53,456 nt of DNA from a virus, in IMG/VR virus record IMGVR_UViG_3300017659_000001; one strand, 5' to 3'. A program made the position numbers and the translations under genes. Below the pieces are notes generated by a model, which worked only from the letters and a program-made list of their open reading frames with translations, was not told the origin of the DNA and searched no databases. Below are positions 42,205 to 50,770 of the stretch, one piece after another; position 1 is the first letter of the stretch, and the number at the start of each line of letters is the position of its first letter.

Positions 42205-42713
42205 GTGCCGCCCGTGCCCGTATCCACGCCATGTTCCAGCTCGACGAGGCCGCAGAGACGGAACTCGACGCCCGGCTCGACGCCTACCGCGCTGAGGTGC
42301 TCGCCGAGCAGCCCACCGTGTGCCAGACGTGCGGGGATCGGATCGTCCGCTTCGCGTGCACCGAGACCGGTGGCGGGTGGATGCACGACACCCCCAGCGA
42401 TGACCCGGCGGACGGTGCTGACCACGAGGCCGTCCCAGCCGCCGGAGAGAAGGCCACCCCCACGGGGGCGACGGCCACTCCCGAACTCACCGACCGACAG
42501 GCCTGGCTCCTCGCCCGCATCCGGCTCGTCGGCGGCCGCTGGAAGACCGGCCGTGTCACCACCCACTACCGCGCGCACGGCTTCGGCGCGGTCCGCACTG
42601 ACGAAGCCCGCGCCGACCTCCACGCACTCGGAGCAGCAGGGCACCTGATCAGGCACGACACGCCCGGAGTGCGCTGGTGCAGCCTCAACACCGCAGAGGA
42701 CGTGCGCCCGTGA
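42201..42713 (+). CDS. Hypothetical protein with CxxC and a possible C-terminal winged helix (170 aa)
   Basis: ORF track. Confidence 0.7.
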   Translation: MSAARARIHAMFQLDEAAETELDARLDAYRAEVLAEQPTVCQTCGDRIVRFACTETGGGWMHDTPSDDPADGADHEAVPAAGEKATPTGATATPELTDRQAWLLARIRLVGGRWKTGRVTTHYRAHGFGAVRTDEARADLHALGAAGHLIRHDTPGVRWCSLNTAEDVRP

Positions 42714-42940
42714 GTACCACCGCCAGAAAGCACGGGAACGCCATCCCGCCGATGGAGGACCACGAGCGGGTCCTCGGCCAGATCCACCGCGGCGAACTGT
42801 GGTGCGGCCCTGCTGCCGCCCGCGCGATCGCCGCTCGCCACGAAGCCGCCTACGGCACCGCCTTCACCACCCGCCCGACCACCGACGACACCGCATGGGC
42901 CGACGCCCTCACCGCACTCACCACGGGGGACCCCGCATGA
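42710..42940 (+). CDS. Hypothetical protein (76 aa)
   Basis: GTG 42710 in ORF 42677..42940. GTGA overlap. Confidence 0.55.
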   Translation: MSTTARKHGNAIPPMEDHERVLGQIHRGELWCGPAAARAIAARHEAAYGTAFTTRPTTDDTAWADALTALTTGDPA

Positions 42941-43821
42941 CCAACACGACCGTGGCCGGGGCGAGCGTCGCCCCGGCCGCCGGCCCCGACCGGATCCCCA
43001 AGCCCTCGCAGGGCTGGTACCGCGTCCCGGGCACCGATATCAAGCTCCGCCGCGTCACCACCATCCTGTCGCAGGGATTCCCCAAGCCGCAGCTCGTGTT
43101 CTGGGCCGCGAACCTCACCGCCGCCGACGCCTTCGCCACGCTGCCCCGCCTCGTCCACGCCTCCCTCCGTCCCGAGGACAAGGAGGCCGCGTACGACTGG
43201 CTGCGTAAGGGCCACATCCGAAAGAAGGACGAACGCGCAGAGATCGGCGGCGCCGTCCACGACGTCATCGAAGCCAAGGTCCTCGGCCAGCCAATCCCCG
43301 AGAGCCTGTTCACCGACGAAGAGATCGCCCCGTTCGTCGACCACTTCCTCCGCTTCGTCGAGGAATGGGAGATCGAGTTCGAGGCATCGGAGATGACCGT
43401 CGGCAACTTCACTGACGGATGGGCCGGGAAGCTCGACTACCTCTTCCGGTCCCGCCTCATCGCCCACCTGCTGAAGGTGCCGCCGCGGACGCTGTTCGTC
43501 GGCGACACGAAGACCGGCGGCGAGCTCGACGAGAAGGGCGTCTACCCGGAGGCCGGCGCGCAGATGTCCGCCTACCGCAGGGCTGAGGTCTGCTGGCTGC
43601 GCGACGGCACGCAGATTCCGATGCCCAAGTGTCATGACGTGGGAATCGTCCTGCACCTGCGGCCGGAGGGCTACCGGCCCATGCCGCTGAAGTGCGGCGA
43701 CGACGTGTACGCCGCGTTCCTTCACGTCCAGCAGGTCGCCGAGTTCCAGCGCGTCCTCGCGAAGTCCGTTGTGGGTGAGGCCCTCACCCTTCCTGCCACC
43801 AGCGAAGAGAGGGCCGCCTGA
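42937..43821 (+). CDS. PD-(D/E)XK (RecB/Cas4-like) nuclease
   Basis: ATG 42937 in ORF 42799..43821. GKLDYLF, FVGDTKTG, QMSAYRRA. Confidence 0.8.
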   Translation: MTNTTVAGASVAPAAGPDRIPKPSQGWYRVPGTDIKLRRVTTILSQGFPKPQLVFWAANLTAADAFATLPRLVHASLRPEDKEAAYDWLRKGHIRKKDERAEIGGAVHDVIEAKVLGQPIPESLFTDEEIAPFVDHFLRFVEEWEIEFEASEMTVGNFTDGWAGKLDYLFRSRLIAHLLKVPPRTLFVGDTKTGGELDEKGVYPEAGAQMSAYRRAEVCWLRDGTQIPMPKCHDVGIVLHLRPEGYRPMPLKCGDDVYAAFLHVQQVAEFQRVLAKSVVGEALTLPATSEERAA

Positions 43822-44978
43822 TGCCCATCCTCACCCTCCAGCAGCGGCTCCGGGAACTCGGCCGGATCCGCATCGGCCAGAAGGTCGCCACCGCCAAGGG
43901 CGGCACCCGGCCCGCGAAGCTCAACCAGTTCCGCCTCACCTCTCCCTCGAAGGAACTCCTCGACCGGGTCGCCGCGAAGTACGGCGGGACTGTCGCCCCG
44001 TGGACTCCCGAGGGCGGGGCCGGCCAGTTCGAGGTCATCACCGAGTCGACGCGCATGCCGATCCACGTGCCGCCGCAGCCCGTCTCCCAGTACTACGAGC
44101 TGTGGTCCGGCGGCGGGTGCCAACGCCGCTGCGACGGCGTCACCGAGCTGCTGAAGGACCGGCCATGCATCTGCGGCCCGGACCCCGAGCAGCGGTCGTG
44201 CAAGCCGACCACCCGGTTGAACGTCGTCCTCTCCGAGATCGAGGGCGTGGGGGTGTGGCGGCTGGAGTCGCACGGCTACTACGCGGCCCTCGAACTGCCG
44301 GGTGTGGCTGAGCTGCTGGCGCAGACCGGCGGCTACATCGAGGCGTTCCTCGGCCTGGAGCAGCGCACGGCGAAGCGGGACGGGCAGACCCGGCACTGGA
44401 TGGTTCCGACGATCGACGTAGCGGTGACGCCAGCGGCGCTGATGGCGGGGAATGCGTCGGTGGCGGCGGTCGCGGGTGGTCCACAGCGGGCTGCGATCGA
44501 GGCGCCGCGGCCGGACTATCTGCGGCTCGCGGCGGTGGCTGAGACGCCCGATGCGGTGCGGGAGTTGTACGAGCAGGCCGTGGCTGCGGGTCACATGAAC
44601 AAGGCGATCGCGGACGCGTTGACCGCGCGTGCCGCCGCGTTGGGTGCGCCCCGGAAGGCCCCGGTCAAGCAGACCGAGGACGGACCGCACCCGGACGACG
44701 TCCAGCGGCAGGTCAATCCGGCGGACTACGGCGACGCCCCCACGGTGCCAGCGCCGGACGACGACGGCGTGTACGAGGGCGAGGTCGTCGACGACGATCC
44801 GGCCGAAGTGCAAGAGCTCTGGTTCCAGGTCGTCGCTGCGGCCGGTGCGCGCGGTCTGGACATGGAGCAGGTGGAGGCCGGGTTCGCCCGGCTCAACGGC
44901 GGGACGCATCCGTCGTCGGGGACGGTCGCGCAGATGACCGCCTACCTCGCCGCGGTGAAGGCGGGCGAGGTCCGATGA
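43821..44978 (+). CDS. Conserved early protein with a Cys cluster (385 aa). It may be the recombination partner of the nuclease; a possible phiC31 Gp3-like family membership is weakly recalled.
   Basis: ORF track. MPILTLQQRLRELGRIRIGQ...GGGCQRRCDG...CICGPDPEQRSC. Confidence 0.85.
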   Translation: MPILTLQQRLRELGRIRIGQKVATAKGGTRPAKLNQFRLTSPSKELLDRVAAKYGGTVAPWTPEGGAGQFEVITESTRMPIHVPPQPVSQYYELWSGGGCQRRCDGVTELLKDRPCICGPDPEQRSCKPTTRLNVVLSEIEGVGVWRLESHGYYAALELPGVAELLAQTGGYIEAFLGLEQRTAKRDGQTRHWMVPTIDVAVTPAALMAGNASVAAVAGGPQRAAIEAPRPDYLRLAAVAETPDAVRELYEQAVAAGHMNKAIADALTARAAALGAPRKAPVKQTEDGPHPDDVQRQVNPADYGDAPTVPAPDDDGVYEGEVVDDDPAEVQELWFQVVAAAGARGLDMEQVEAGFARLNGGTHPSSGTVAQMTAYLAAVKAGEVR

Positions 44979-45703
44979 GCGCATGGTTCGAGGGCCGCCT
45001 GTGCGGCTTCGATCTTGAGACGACCGGCGTCGACGTCGAGAACGACCGCATCGTCACCGCGTGCGCCGTCCAGTGCGGCGGCAAGCACCCCACCCAGTCC
45101 GCCACGTGGATGGCCGACCCCGGCATCGAGATCCCCGAGGGCGCGGCGAAGGTCCACGGCATCACCACCGAGCGGGCCCGCGCCGAGGGCCGTCCGGCCG
45201 CGGAGGTCGTCGAGCAGGTCGTCGCAGCCCCGTCGCAGGTCGTCCTCTCCGGGATCCCGATCGTGGCGATGAACGCCAGCTTCGACCTGACCACGCTCGA
45301 CCGCGAAGCTCGACGGCACCAGGTGACGCCCCTCGCTGACCTCGTCGGCGACCAGCTGCGCGTGATCGACCCCCGTGTCCTCGACAAGCAGGTCAGCCGC
45401 CGCAAGGGCAAGCGCACCCTGTCGGACCTGTGCCAGCACTACGAGGTCCGGCTTGACGGCGCACACTCCTCGGACGCCGACGCAGTCGCCGCATGCCGCG
45501 TGGCCTGGCGTCTCGGCTCGACGGTGCCGCAGCTCGGCGCGATGAGCATCGCCGACCTGCATCAGGCGCAGATCAAGTGGGCTGAGTCCCAAGGCCGTTC
45601 GTTGGCCGCGTACTTCCGGCGGACGCCCGGCAAGGAGTCTTGGGCCGACGGCGTGCGCACTGAGTGGCCGCTCATCCCGCACCAGCGCGGGGAGGCCGGC
45701 TGA
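44975..45703 (+). CDS. DnaQ-like 3'-5' exonuclease (DEDDh)
   Basis: ORF track. FDLETTG, VAMNASFDL, HSSDADAVA. Confidence 0.9.
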   Translation: MSAWFEGRLCGFDLETTGVDVENDRIVTACAVQCGGKHPTQSATWMADPGIEIPEGAAKVHGITTERARAEGRPAAEVVEQVVAAPSQVVLSGIPIVAMNASFDLTTLDREARRHQVTPLADLVGDQLRVIDPRVLDKQVSRRKGKRTLSDLCQHYEVRLDGAHSSDADAVAACRVAWRLGSTVPQLGAMSIADLHQAQIKWAESQGRSLAAYFRRTPGKESWADGVRTEWPLIPHQRGEAG

Positions 45704-45987
45704 TGCCAGTTTCCCGCCGCCGGTATGACGACCTCCGCGCCCGCTACGAGGCGCAGGTCGAAGCAACCGCCGACGCCGAGCAGTCGCGTGAGGAGTCCGT
45801 TGCCGCGGCCGCCCGGGTGGCGCGCCGCTACAACGCGCTCGCCCACGTCGTCGCCATGTACGTCGTCACCGCGGAGGAGAACGGCGTCGACCTCTCCCCG
45901 GCCTCCCTGCGCGCCGCGATCGAGCGGGCCCGCATCGACCTCACCGCCGAGTACGCCCGCGCGGGCAGAGACGGAGTCACCTCATGA
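45703..45987 (+). CDS. Hypothetical protein (94 aa)
   Basis: ATG 45703 in ORF 45664..45987. Confidence 0.6.
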   Translation: MPVSRRRYDDLRARYEAQVEATADAEQSREESVAAAARVARRYNALAHVVAMYVVTAEENGVDLSPASLRAAIERARIDLTAEYARAGRDGVTS

Positions 45988-46274
45988 CCAGTCCGATTCG
46001 TGTTCTGCGGCAGATCGTCAACGGCGGCGGCCGGCACAGGCCGCGCCGCCCGCTGCTCCTGCCGGACGTACCGCTCGCCCCGCCTGCTGACCCGGCGCGG
46101 CGCGCGGCGGTGCTCGATGAGGACACGTTGGAGACGCTCCTCAACGGCGGCGACGTGGTGGCCAACGAAACGGCTCCGTGCCCGTCGTGCGAGCGGACGA
46201 CGTACCAGGCGAAGCACCGGGATGGGTCGCGCCGCTGCTGGACGTGCCGCGTGACGACGCTGGCAGGTGCGTGA
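45984..46274 (+). CDS. Zinc-ribbon protein (96 aa)
   Basis: ORF track. CPSC...CWTC. Confidence 0.6.
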   Translation: MTSPIRVLRQIVNGGGRHRPRRPLLLPDVPLAPPADPARRAAVLDEDTLETLLNGGDVVANETAPCPSCERTTYQAKHRDGSRRCWTCRVTTLAGA

Positions 46275-46591
46275 TGAACACCGCGATCAACGTCTTCATC
46301 GCGGTCGAGGCCGCGGGCTGCGCGTTCGTTCTGCTGCGGCTGCGCCGCACCCGCCGCCCCGCCCGGGGGCAGTGCGCCGGCGCGAAGGTCTGGGACACGA
46401 CGGCTGAGGCGTGGGTGCCGCTGGCGCCCGGCGCGGTCCCGGGGCCGGGCCAGATGACGGAACGCGAGATCGACGAGGCCGATGCGCTGGAGCTGCTGTA
46501 TCTGGCGCCCGCGTATGACGCCGAGCTGGCGGCCGGGTGCGACCGGCTGCTCCAGGCGATCCGCGACGAGCACCCGAAGGGGGAGCTGTGA
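46274..46591 (+). CDS. Hypothetical protein with N-terminal TM (105 aa)
   Basis: ATG 46274 in ORF 46178..46591. Confidence 0.55.
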   Translation: MNTAINVFIAVEAAGCAFVLLRLRRTRRPARGQCAGAKVWDTTAEAWVPLAPGAVPGPGQMTEREIDEADALELLYLAPAYDAELAAGCDRLLQAIRDEHPKGEL

Positions 46592-47172
46592 CCACTCTGT
46601 TCGACCTCACCCCGGCCACCCCGGCCGCCCCCGCGGCGGCCGGGCCCCGGCCCCTGGTAGTCGGCGCCGATCTGTCCCTGCGATCCACAGGCCTCGGCTC
46701 GGCCGACTGGACCGACTACGTCCGCCCCAAGAAACTGACCGGCCACCCCCGCCTCGCCTTCCTCGTCCAAGAGATCGGCTCGTTCCTCAAAACCGCCGAC
46801 CTCGTCGTCCTCGAAGGCCCCTCCTTCGGACACGCCGGGCAGGGCGGACACGAGGAACTGGCGTGGCTCCGCGGGGCGGTGCAGCACTGGCTGTGGCGCC
46901 GCGAGATCCCGTACGCCATCGTCCCGCCGTCCACGCTGAAGCTGTACTTCGCCGGGCACGGCCACGCCTCGAAGGCCCTGATGCAGAAGGCTGCGGAGCA
47001 GGTCTTCGGCCGGACCTTCGAGGGCCCGGCCGCCGGGGATGAGTGCGACGGGTTCGCGCTCGCCGCCGCGGGCTACGAGTGGCTCGACATGCCGCTGGCT
47101 GTGGTGCCGGAGCGGCAGCGGGAGGCGCTGGCTGGCTGCCAGTGGCCGGAGCGCGAGGCGGTGACCCGCTGA
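46588..47172 (+). CDS. RuvC-like Holliday junction resolvase
   Basis: GTG 46588 in ORF 46537..47172. VVGADLSLRSTG, VVLEGPSF, DECDGFALA. Confidence 0.85.
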   Translation: MTTLFDLTPATPAAPAAAGPRPLVVGADLSLRSTGLGSADWTDYVRPKKLTGHPRLAFLVQEIGSFLKTADLVVLEGPSFGHAGQGGHEELAWLRGAVQHWLWRREIPYAIVPPSTLKLYFAGHGHASKALMQKAAEQVFGRTFEGPAAGDECDGFALAAAGYEWLDMPLAVVPERQREALAGCQWPEREAVTR

Positions 47173-48047
47173 TGCCCCGACACCCCAACGCCACCCGCGA
47201 ACAGATCGAAGCCGCCCTCCGCGCAGGCAAGCCCACCCTCACCATCGCCACCGAACTCCGCGTCGACCGCGGACGCGTCCGCCGCATCCGCAACGACCTG
47301 AACCTCCCCGCGTTCGTTCCCGCCGAACAGACCCGCACCCCTCAACAGAAGTGGGCCACATACGCCCGCACCCTCAACGACGGCCACATGGAATGGACCG
47401 GCGAACGCGTCGGCACCGCCGGCACCCCGGTCATGCGCTACAAGGACCAGTGCCTCAGCCCCACCGCGCTCGCCTTCGAACTGCGGCACGGACGCCCCCC
47501 GCAGGGCTACACGATCGCCGACTGCGGGCTCAAGCACTGCATCGCACCCGACCACGTCAACGACGAACCCGGACGCCTCCAAGCCCGCCGCGCACTCCAC
47601 AACGGCGGTCCGCGGAAGCCCTGCTCGTACGGCCACGACCAGAACGAGCACGGCAAGTTCGACCCCACCGGCCGGGCGTACTGCGGCCTGTGCAAGGCCC
47701 TCCACAAACAGGAGCGCCGCGATCCGCTGGCTCCCCGGCGGGAGCGCACCCGCCCGCGGCCCACCTCGTTGGAGGACGTCTTCCACGCCCACATCGAGGA
47801 GGTCGGCGCCGGACATGTCCGATGGGCCGGACCGGTCATGCACCGTACGCCGGCCGTGAAGTTCGACGGCCGGACGGAGTCTGCGTTCCGGGTCGCGTTC
47901 CGCCTGTGTCGCGGGCGTGACCCGGAGGGGCTGGCGATGCCCACTTGCGGTGTGCCGTTGTGCGTGGCGGGCGGGCATCTGGAGGACCGGCCGATGCGGC
48001 AGTTGTCGAAGCTGCTGTTCGAGTCGATCTTCGGGGAGGCGTCGTGA
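47172..48047 (+). CDS. HTH protein carrying two degenerate HNH-like modules and a central CxxxxH...CxxC finger (291 aa)
   Basis: ATG 47172 in ORF 47043..48047. Module 1 runs GHMEWTG...ADCGLKHCIAPDHV. Module 2 runs GHVRWAG...PTCGVPLCVAGGHL. Confidence 0.8.
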   Translation: MPRHPNATREQIEAALRAGKPTLTIATELRVDRGRVRRIRNDLNLPAFVPAEQTRTPQQKWATYARTLNDGHMEWTGERVGTAGTPVMRYKDQCLSPTALAFELRHGRPPQGYTIADCGLKHCIAPDHVNDEPGRLQARRALHNGGPRKPCSYGHDQNEHGKFDPTGRAYCGLCKALHKQERRDPLAPRRERTRPRPTSLEDVFHAHIEEVGAGHVRWAGPVMHRTPAVKFDGRTESAFRVAFRLCRGRDPEGLAMPTCGVPLCVAGGHLEDRPMRQLSKLLFESIFGEAS

Positions 48048-48604
48048 GCGCCTACACCGGGCAGGTACCCGACACCGAACCCGCAGGTCAGTGGACCAAG
48101 CAAGGCCCCTGCCGCGACGACCCCGACCGCATGTACCCCGGCACCCTCGCAGCCGAGATCGAACGCGCAAAGACCGTCTGCCGCGGCTGCCCCGTCATGG
48201 AGCAGTGCCTGCAATGGGCGCTGGAGACCCGCGAGCCGTACGGCGTGTGGGGTGGCACGTCGGAGGCGGACCGGCGCGCCTACTTCCGGCGGCGCGGCTA
48301 CCACCTGAAGAACCTCGACAGCGACTTCGAGGAGGGCGCTGGCCCGGACCGCACTCTTCAGTCCCTGTGGGCTGAACGCACGCTCGCTGGCGGCGGGCAC
48401 ATGGCCTGGACGGGGTCGGTCCCGGTGAGTTTCCAGGGCCGCGTGTATACGCCGGCCCGGATCGGGTTCGAGCTGGATCGTGGCCGGGTTCCGGTGGGGA
48501 TGGTGCGGCCGACGTGCGGGGTGGGTGGGTGTGTGTTGCCTGCGCATTTGATGGATCAGGTGGAGCGGTCGCGGCGCGACGCGGCGAAGGCTCTCGCGTC
48601 GTGA
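48044..48604 (+). CDS. whiB: WhiB-family Fe-S protein fused to a third degenerate HNH-like module (186 aa)
   Basis: GTG 48044 in ORF 47945..48604. GPC...CRGCPVMEQC...GVWGG, then GHMAWTG...PTCGVGGCVLPAHL. Confidence 0.85.
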   Translation: MSAYTGQVPDTEPAGQWTKQGPCRDDPDRMYPGTLAAEIERAKTVCRGCPVMEQCLQWALETREPYGVWGGTSEADRRAYFRRRGYHLKNLDSDFEEGAGPDRTLQSLWAERTLAGGGHMAWTGSVPVSFQGRVYTPARIGFELDRGRVPVGMVRPTCGVGGCVLPAHLMDQVERSRRDAAKALAS

Positions 48605-48819
48605 GCGGCCAGCCTGCGGGTCCGGACCCGCCGCCGCTCCTCGACTGGCGTGACCCGTCGCACTGGTCGTGGACCGCGAAGCCCTGCCGGTACTGCGACA
48701 GGCCGACCAACTTGCGCGACTCGAAGCGGTCCCCGGCGCACAAGACGTGCGCGGAGGCTGCGCTGGCCCGGCAGGCCGCTGAAGCCGCCGAGTCGTACGA
48801 CGCCGAACACCTCGGCTGA
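48601..48819 (+). CDS. Small zinc-binding-like protein (72 aa)
   Basis: GTG 48601 in ORF 48514..48819. CRYC...HKTC. Confidence 0.6.
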   Translation: MSGQPAGPDPPPLLDWRDPSHWSWTAKPCRYCDRPTNLRDSKRSPAHKTCAEAALARQAAEAAESYDAEHLG

Positions 48820-48883
48820 CCACCGCCCAACCACAGCGCCCCGCCGGGCGGACACCGGCGGGGCACCCACCAAGGAGACCACG

Positions 48884-49312
48884 ATGCCCCAGCCCGACAA
48901 CACCACGACCTACCTGATCACCCCCACAGTCCTCAACCTGTTCGTCCGCGCCTTGGTCAACGAAGTCGACTACGACATCCACAAGGGCTACGAGTGCGGC
49001 GAGGAAGACGGCGAGGACCACTACCCCGAGCTCGTCATCGAGGCCGCGGAGATCCTCGGCACGATCACCGCAGGGCAGGGCGCCCCGGAGATCCCCGTCG
49101 AGGCTGCCGCGCACGTCCTGTTCCAGGAGCGGCTTGGTGGCTGGCCGCCGAGCACGTTCGCCACGAAGTTGCTGAACGCCTGGACGTCGGCTGACACGGG
49201 GAACGCCTCGCGTCTCGCTGTCGCCTTCCCCGAGTACGCCGCCGCCATCGCTCTCGTGAGGAGCGGGCAGCAGGGCGTGCAGCAGTTGCGCGCCATCGCA
49301 GGCGACTCCTGA
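48884..49312 (+). CDS. Hypothetical protein (142 aa)
   Basis: ATG 48884 after AAGGAG, in ORF 48650..49312. Confidence 0.7.
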   Translation: MPQPDNTTTYLITPTVLNLFVRALVNEVDYDIHKGYECGEEDGEDHYPELVIEAAEILGTITAGQGAPEIPVEAAAHVLFQERLGGWPPSTFATKLLNAWTSADTGNASRLAVAFPEYAAAIALVRSGQQGVQQLRAIAGDS

Positions 49313-49365
49313 CCACCTGGCCGGCGGCCGGACCCCCGGCGCATGCCCCGCGCCGCTGCCGCCAC

Positions 49366-49403
49366 CCGGGCCCGCCCGACCACCCCCCGGCGGGCGGGCC
49401 CGG
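49366..49403 (+). terminator. GC hairpin (13-bp perfect stem)
   Basis: ccgggcccgcccg...cgggcgggcccgg, read directly. Confidence 0.6.
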
Positions 49404-49429
49404 ACCCCCATCACGAGAGGAAGACACCC

Positions 49430-49645
49430 ATGACGAAGCCGCGGAAAAAGCAGTCCTCGCCCCTCAGGGGCGCTGAACGAGCAGAGATCGCACGGGAGTT
49501 GGCGGAGCTGTACGCCCTCGGCTCCACGATGCGCAGCCTCGCTGTGCGGACTGGCCGTGCGTACGGGACGGTGCGGACGCTGCTGCTGGAGGCGGGGGTC
49601 ACGCTGCGGGCGCGCGGCGGCCGCATCCGGAAGGCAGGCGCCTGA
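49430..49645 (+). CDS. Small HTH protein (71 aa)
   Basis: ATG 49430 in ORF 49343..49645. STMRSLAVRTGRAYGTVRTLLLEAG. Confidence 0.7.
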   Translation: MTKPRKKQSSPLRGAERAEIARELAELYALGSTMRSLAVRTGRAYGTVRTLLLEAGVTLRARGGRIRKAGA

Positions 49646-49896
49646 TGGCCCGCTCGATCGGCATGGCCGCCGACGCCACCGTGTTCCGCGCCGTCATCAC
49701 CAAGCAGCTCCGCAACGGCGAGACCGTCACCAACTACGAGGGCCCGTACGGGGCGATCGGCGCGGCCCGCGCCCGCGTCAGCTTCTGGACGAACTACCTC
49801 GCCGTCCGCGACGAGGACACCCAGGAGCCGACCGGCGAGAGCCGCGCGTCCGGCTACGTCGAACGCGGCACCGTCACCTGGGAGCGAGCCGGATGA
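49645..49896 (+). CDS. Hypothetical protein (83 aa)
   Basis: ORF track. TGATG and ATGA overlaps with both neighbours. Confidence 0.6.
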   Translation: MARSIGMAADATVFRAVITKQLRNGETVTNYEGPYGAIGAARARVSFWTNYLAVRDEDTQEPTGESRASGYVERGTVTWERAG

Positions 49897-50321
49897 GGTA
49901 CTTCCACGGCGGCATCCCTGACCTGAAGCCCGGCGACCTCATCACCCCGCACGCGCCGAACGTCGTCGACGGCTGCACCATCTGCGCGGCCAAGGCCGCC
50001 GGGCAACAGCCCGTCATCGAAGGCCTCGGCGTCGTCGACCCGCTCACCGAACGGGCCGACCGCGTGTACGTCACCAGCGACCGCGAGTACGCCCGCTTCT
50101 ACGCCTCGAAGTACCCGCGCGGAGACCTCTACGTCGTCGAGCCCGTCGGCGCCCTGGAGCCGTCCACCGAGGACCGGTTCGAGTCGTGGACCGCGCCGGC
50201 CGTGCGCGTGCTGACGGTCTACGACCGGTACGTCCAGCTCACCGTCAAGCAGCGGCGCGCGCTGCTGCGGCGGTGGACGGCCGCCGACATGGCGGCGGCC
50301 CTGGCCGTGCCAGCGATCTAG
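49893..50321 (+). CDS. Arr-like (rifampin ADP-ribosyltransferase family) protein (142 aa)
   Basis: ATG 49893 in ORF 49557..50321. YFHGG..DLKPGDLI, RVYVTS, DLYVVEPVGALEPSTED and SWTAPAVRVLTV parallel Arr motifs as I remember them. Confidence 0.6.
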   Translation: MRYFHGGIPDLKPGDLITPHAPNVVDGCTICAAKAAGQQPVIEGLGVVDPLTERADRVYVTSDREYARFYASKYPRGDLYVVEPVGALEPSTEDRFESWTAPAVRVLTVYDRYVQLTVKQRRALLRRWTAADMAAALAVPAI

Positions 50322-50347
50322 GCCAAACGGTTCCGCAACATCACGAA

Positions 50348-50372
50348 GCCCCGCACCAACACGGTGCGGGGC
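50348..50372. terminator. Bidirectional hairpin (10-bp perfect stem, 5-nt loop)
   Basis: gccccgcacc-aacac-ggtgcggggc, read directly. Confidence 0.65.
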
Positions 50373-50397
50373 CCGGGGCAGAGAGGAGGAGTAGGTG

Positions 50398-50610
50398 TCA
50401 GGACTTCGGGCCGGGCGCGATCCGGGCCACCCACTCACGGGTGAAGCCCGTCAGCTTCGCCATGTGCGACGGCCCCTTGCGGCGCTCGTTCCGGCCCTCG
50501 ACGAGCAGCGCGCGCACCTCTTCGTCCGCGCGGTCGAAGGCGTCTTTGGCCCGCGCGCGCTTCTTCGCGGCTGCCGAGAGCCGCTGGTCGAACTCGTCCA
50601 TGTCGCTCAT
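50398..50610 (-). CDS. Small HTH-like protein (70 aa)
   Basis: ATG 50610 in ORF 50398..50688. SHMAKLTGFTREWVARI. Confidence 0.6.
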   Translation of the reverse strand: MSDMDEFDQRLSAAAKKRARAKDAFDRADEEVRALLVEGRNERRKGPSHMAKLTGFTREWVARIAPGPKS

Positions 50611-50638
50611 GTTGCCATGCGCGGTCACAGTTCCGCTA

Positions 50639-50648
50639 CGCGATCGCG
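50639..50648. promoter_or_regulatory. 10-bp perfect palindrome CGCGATCGCG in a divergent promoter region
   Basis: Read directly. Confidence 0.3.
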
Positions 50649-50770
50649 GTATACAGTCGCGACCTGCGTGCGCGAACGGTATTCTCATCTCAAGGGTGAT
50701 CGAAAGCCACCGTGAACTGGGGGTCTATTCGACATGCCCTGATCAGCACGACCCCTGAGAGCGAGAACGA

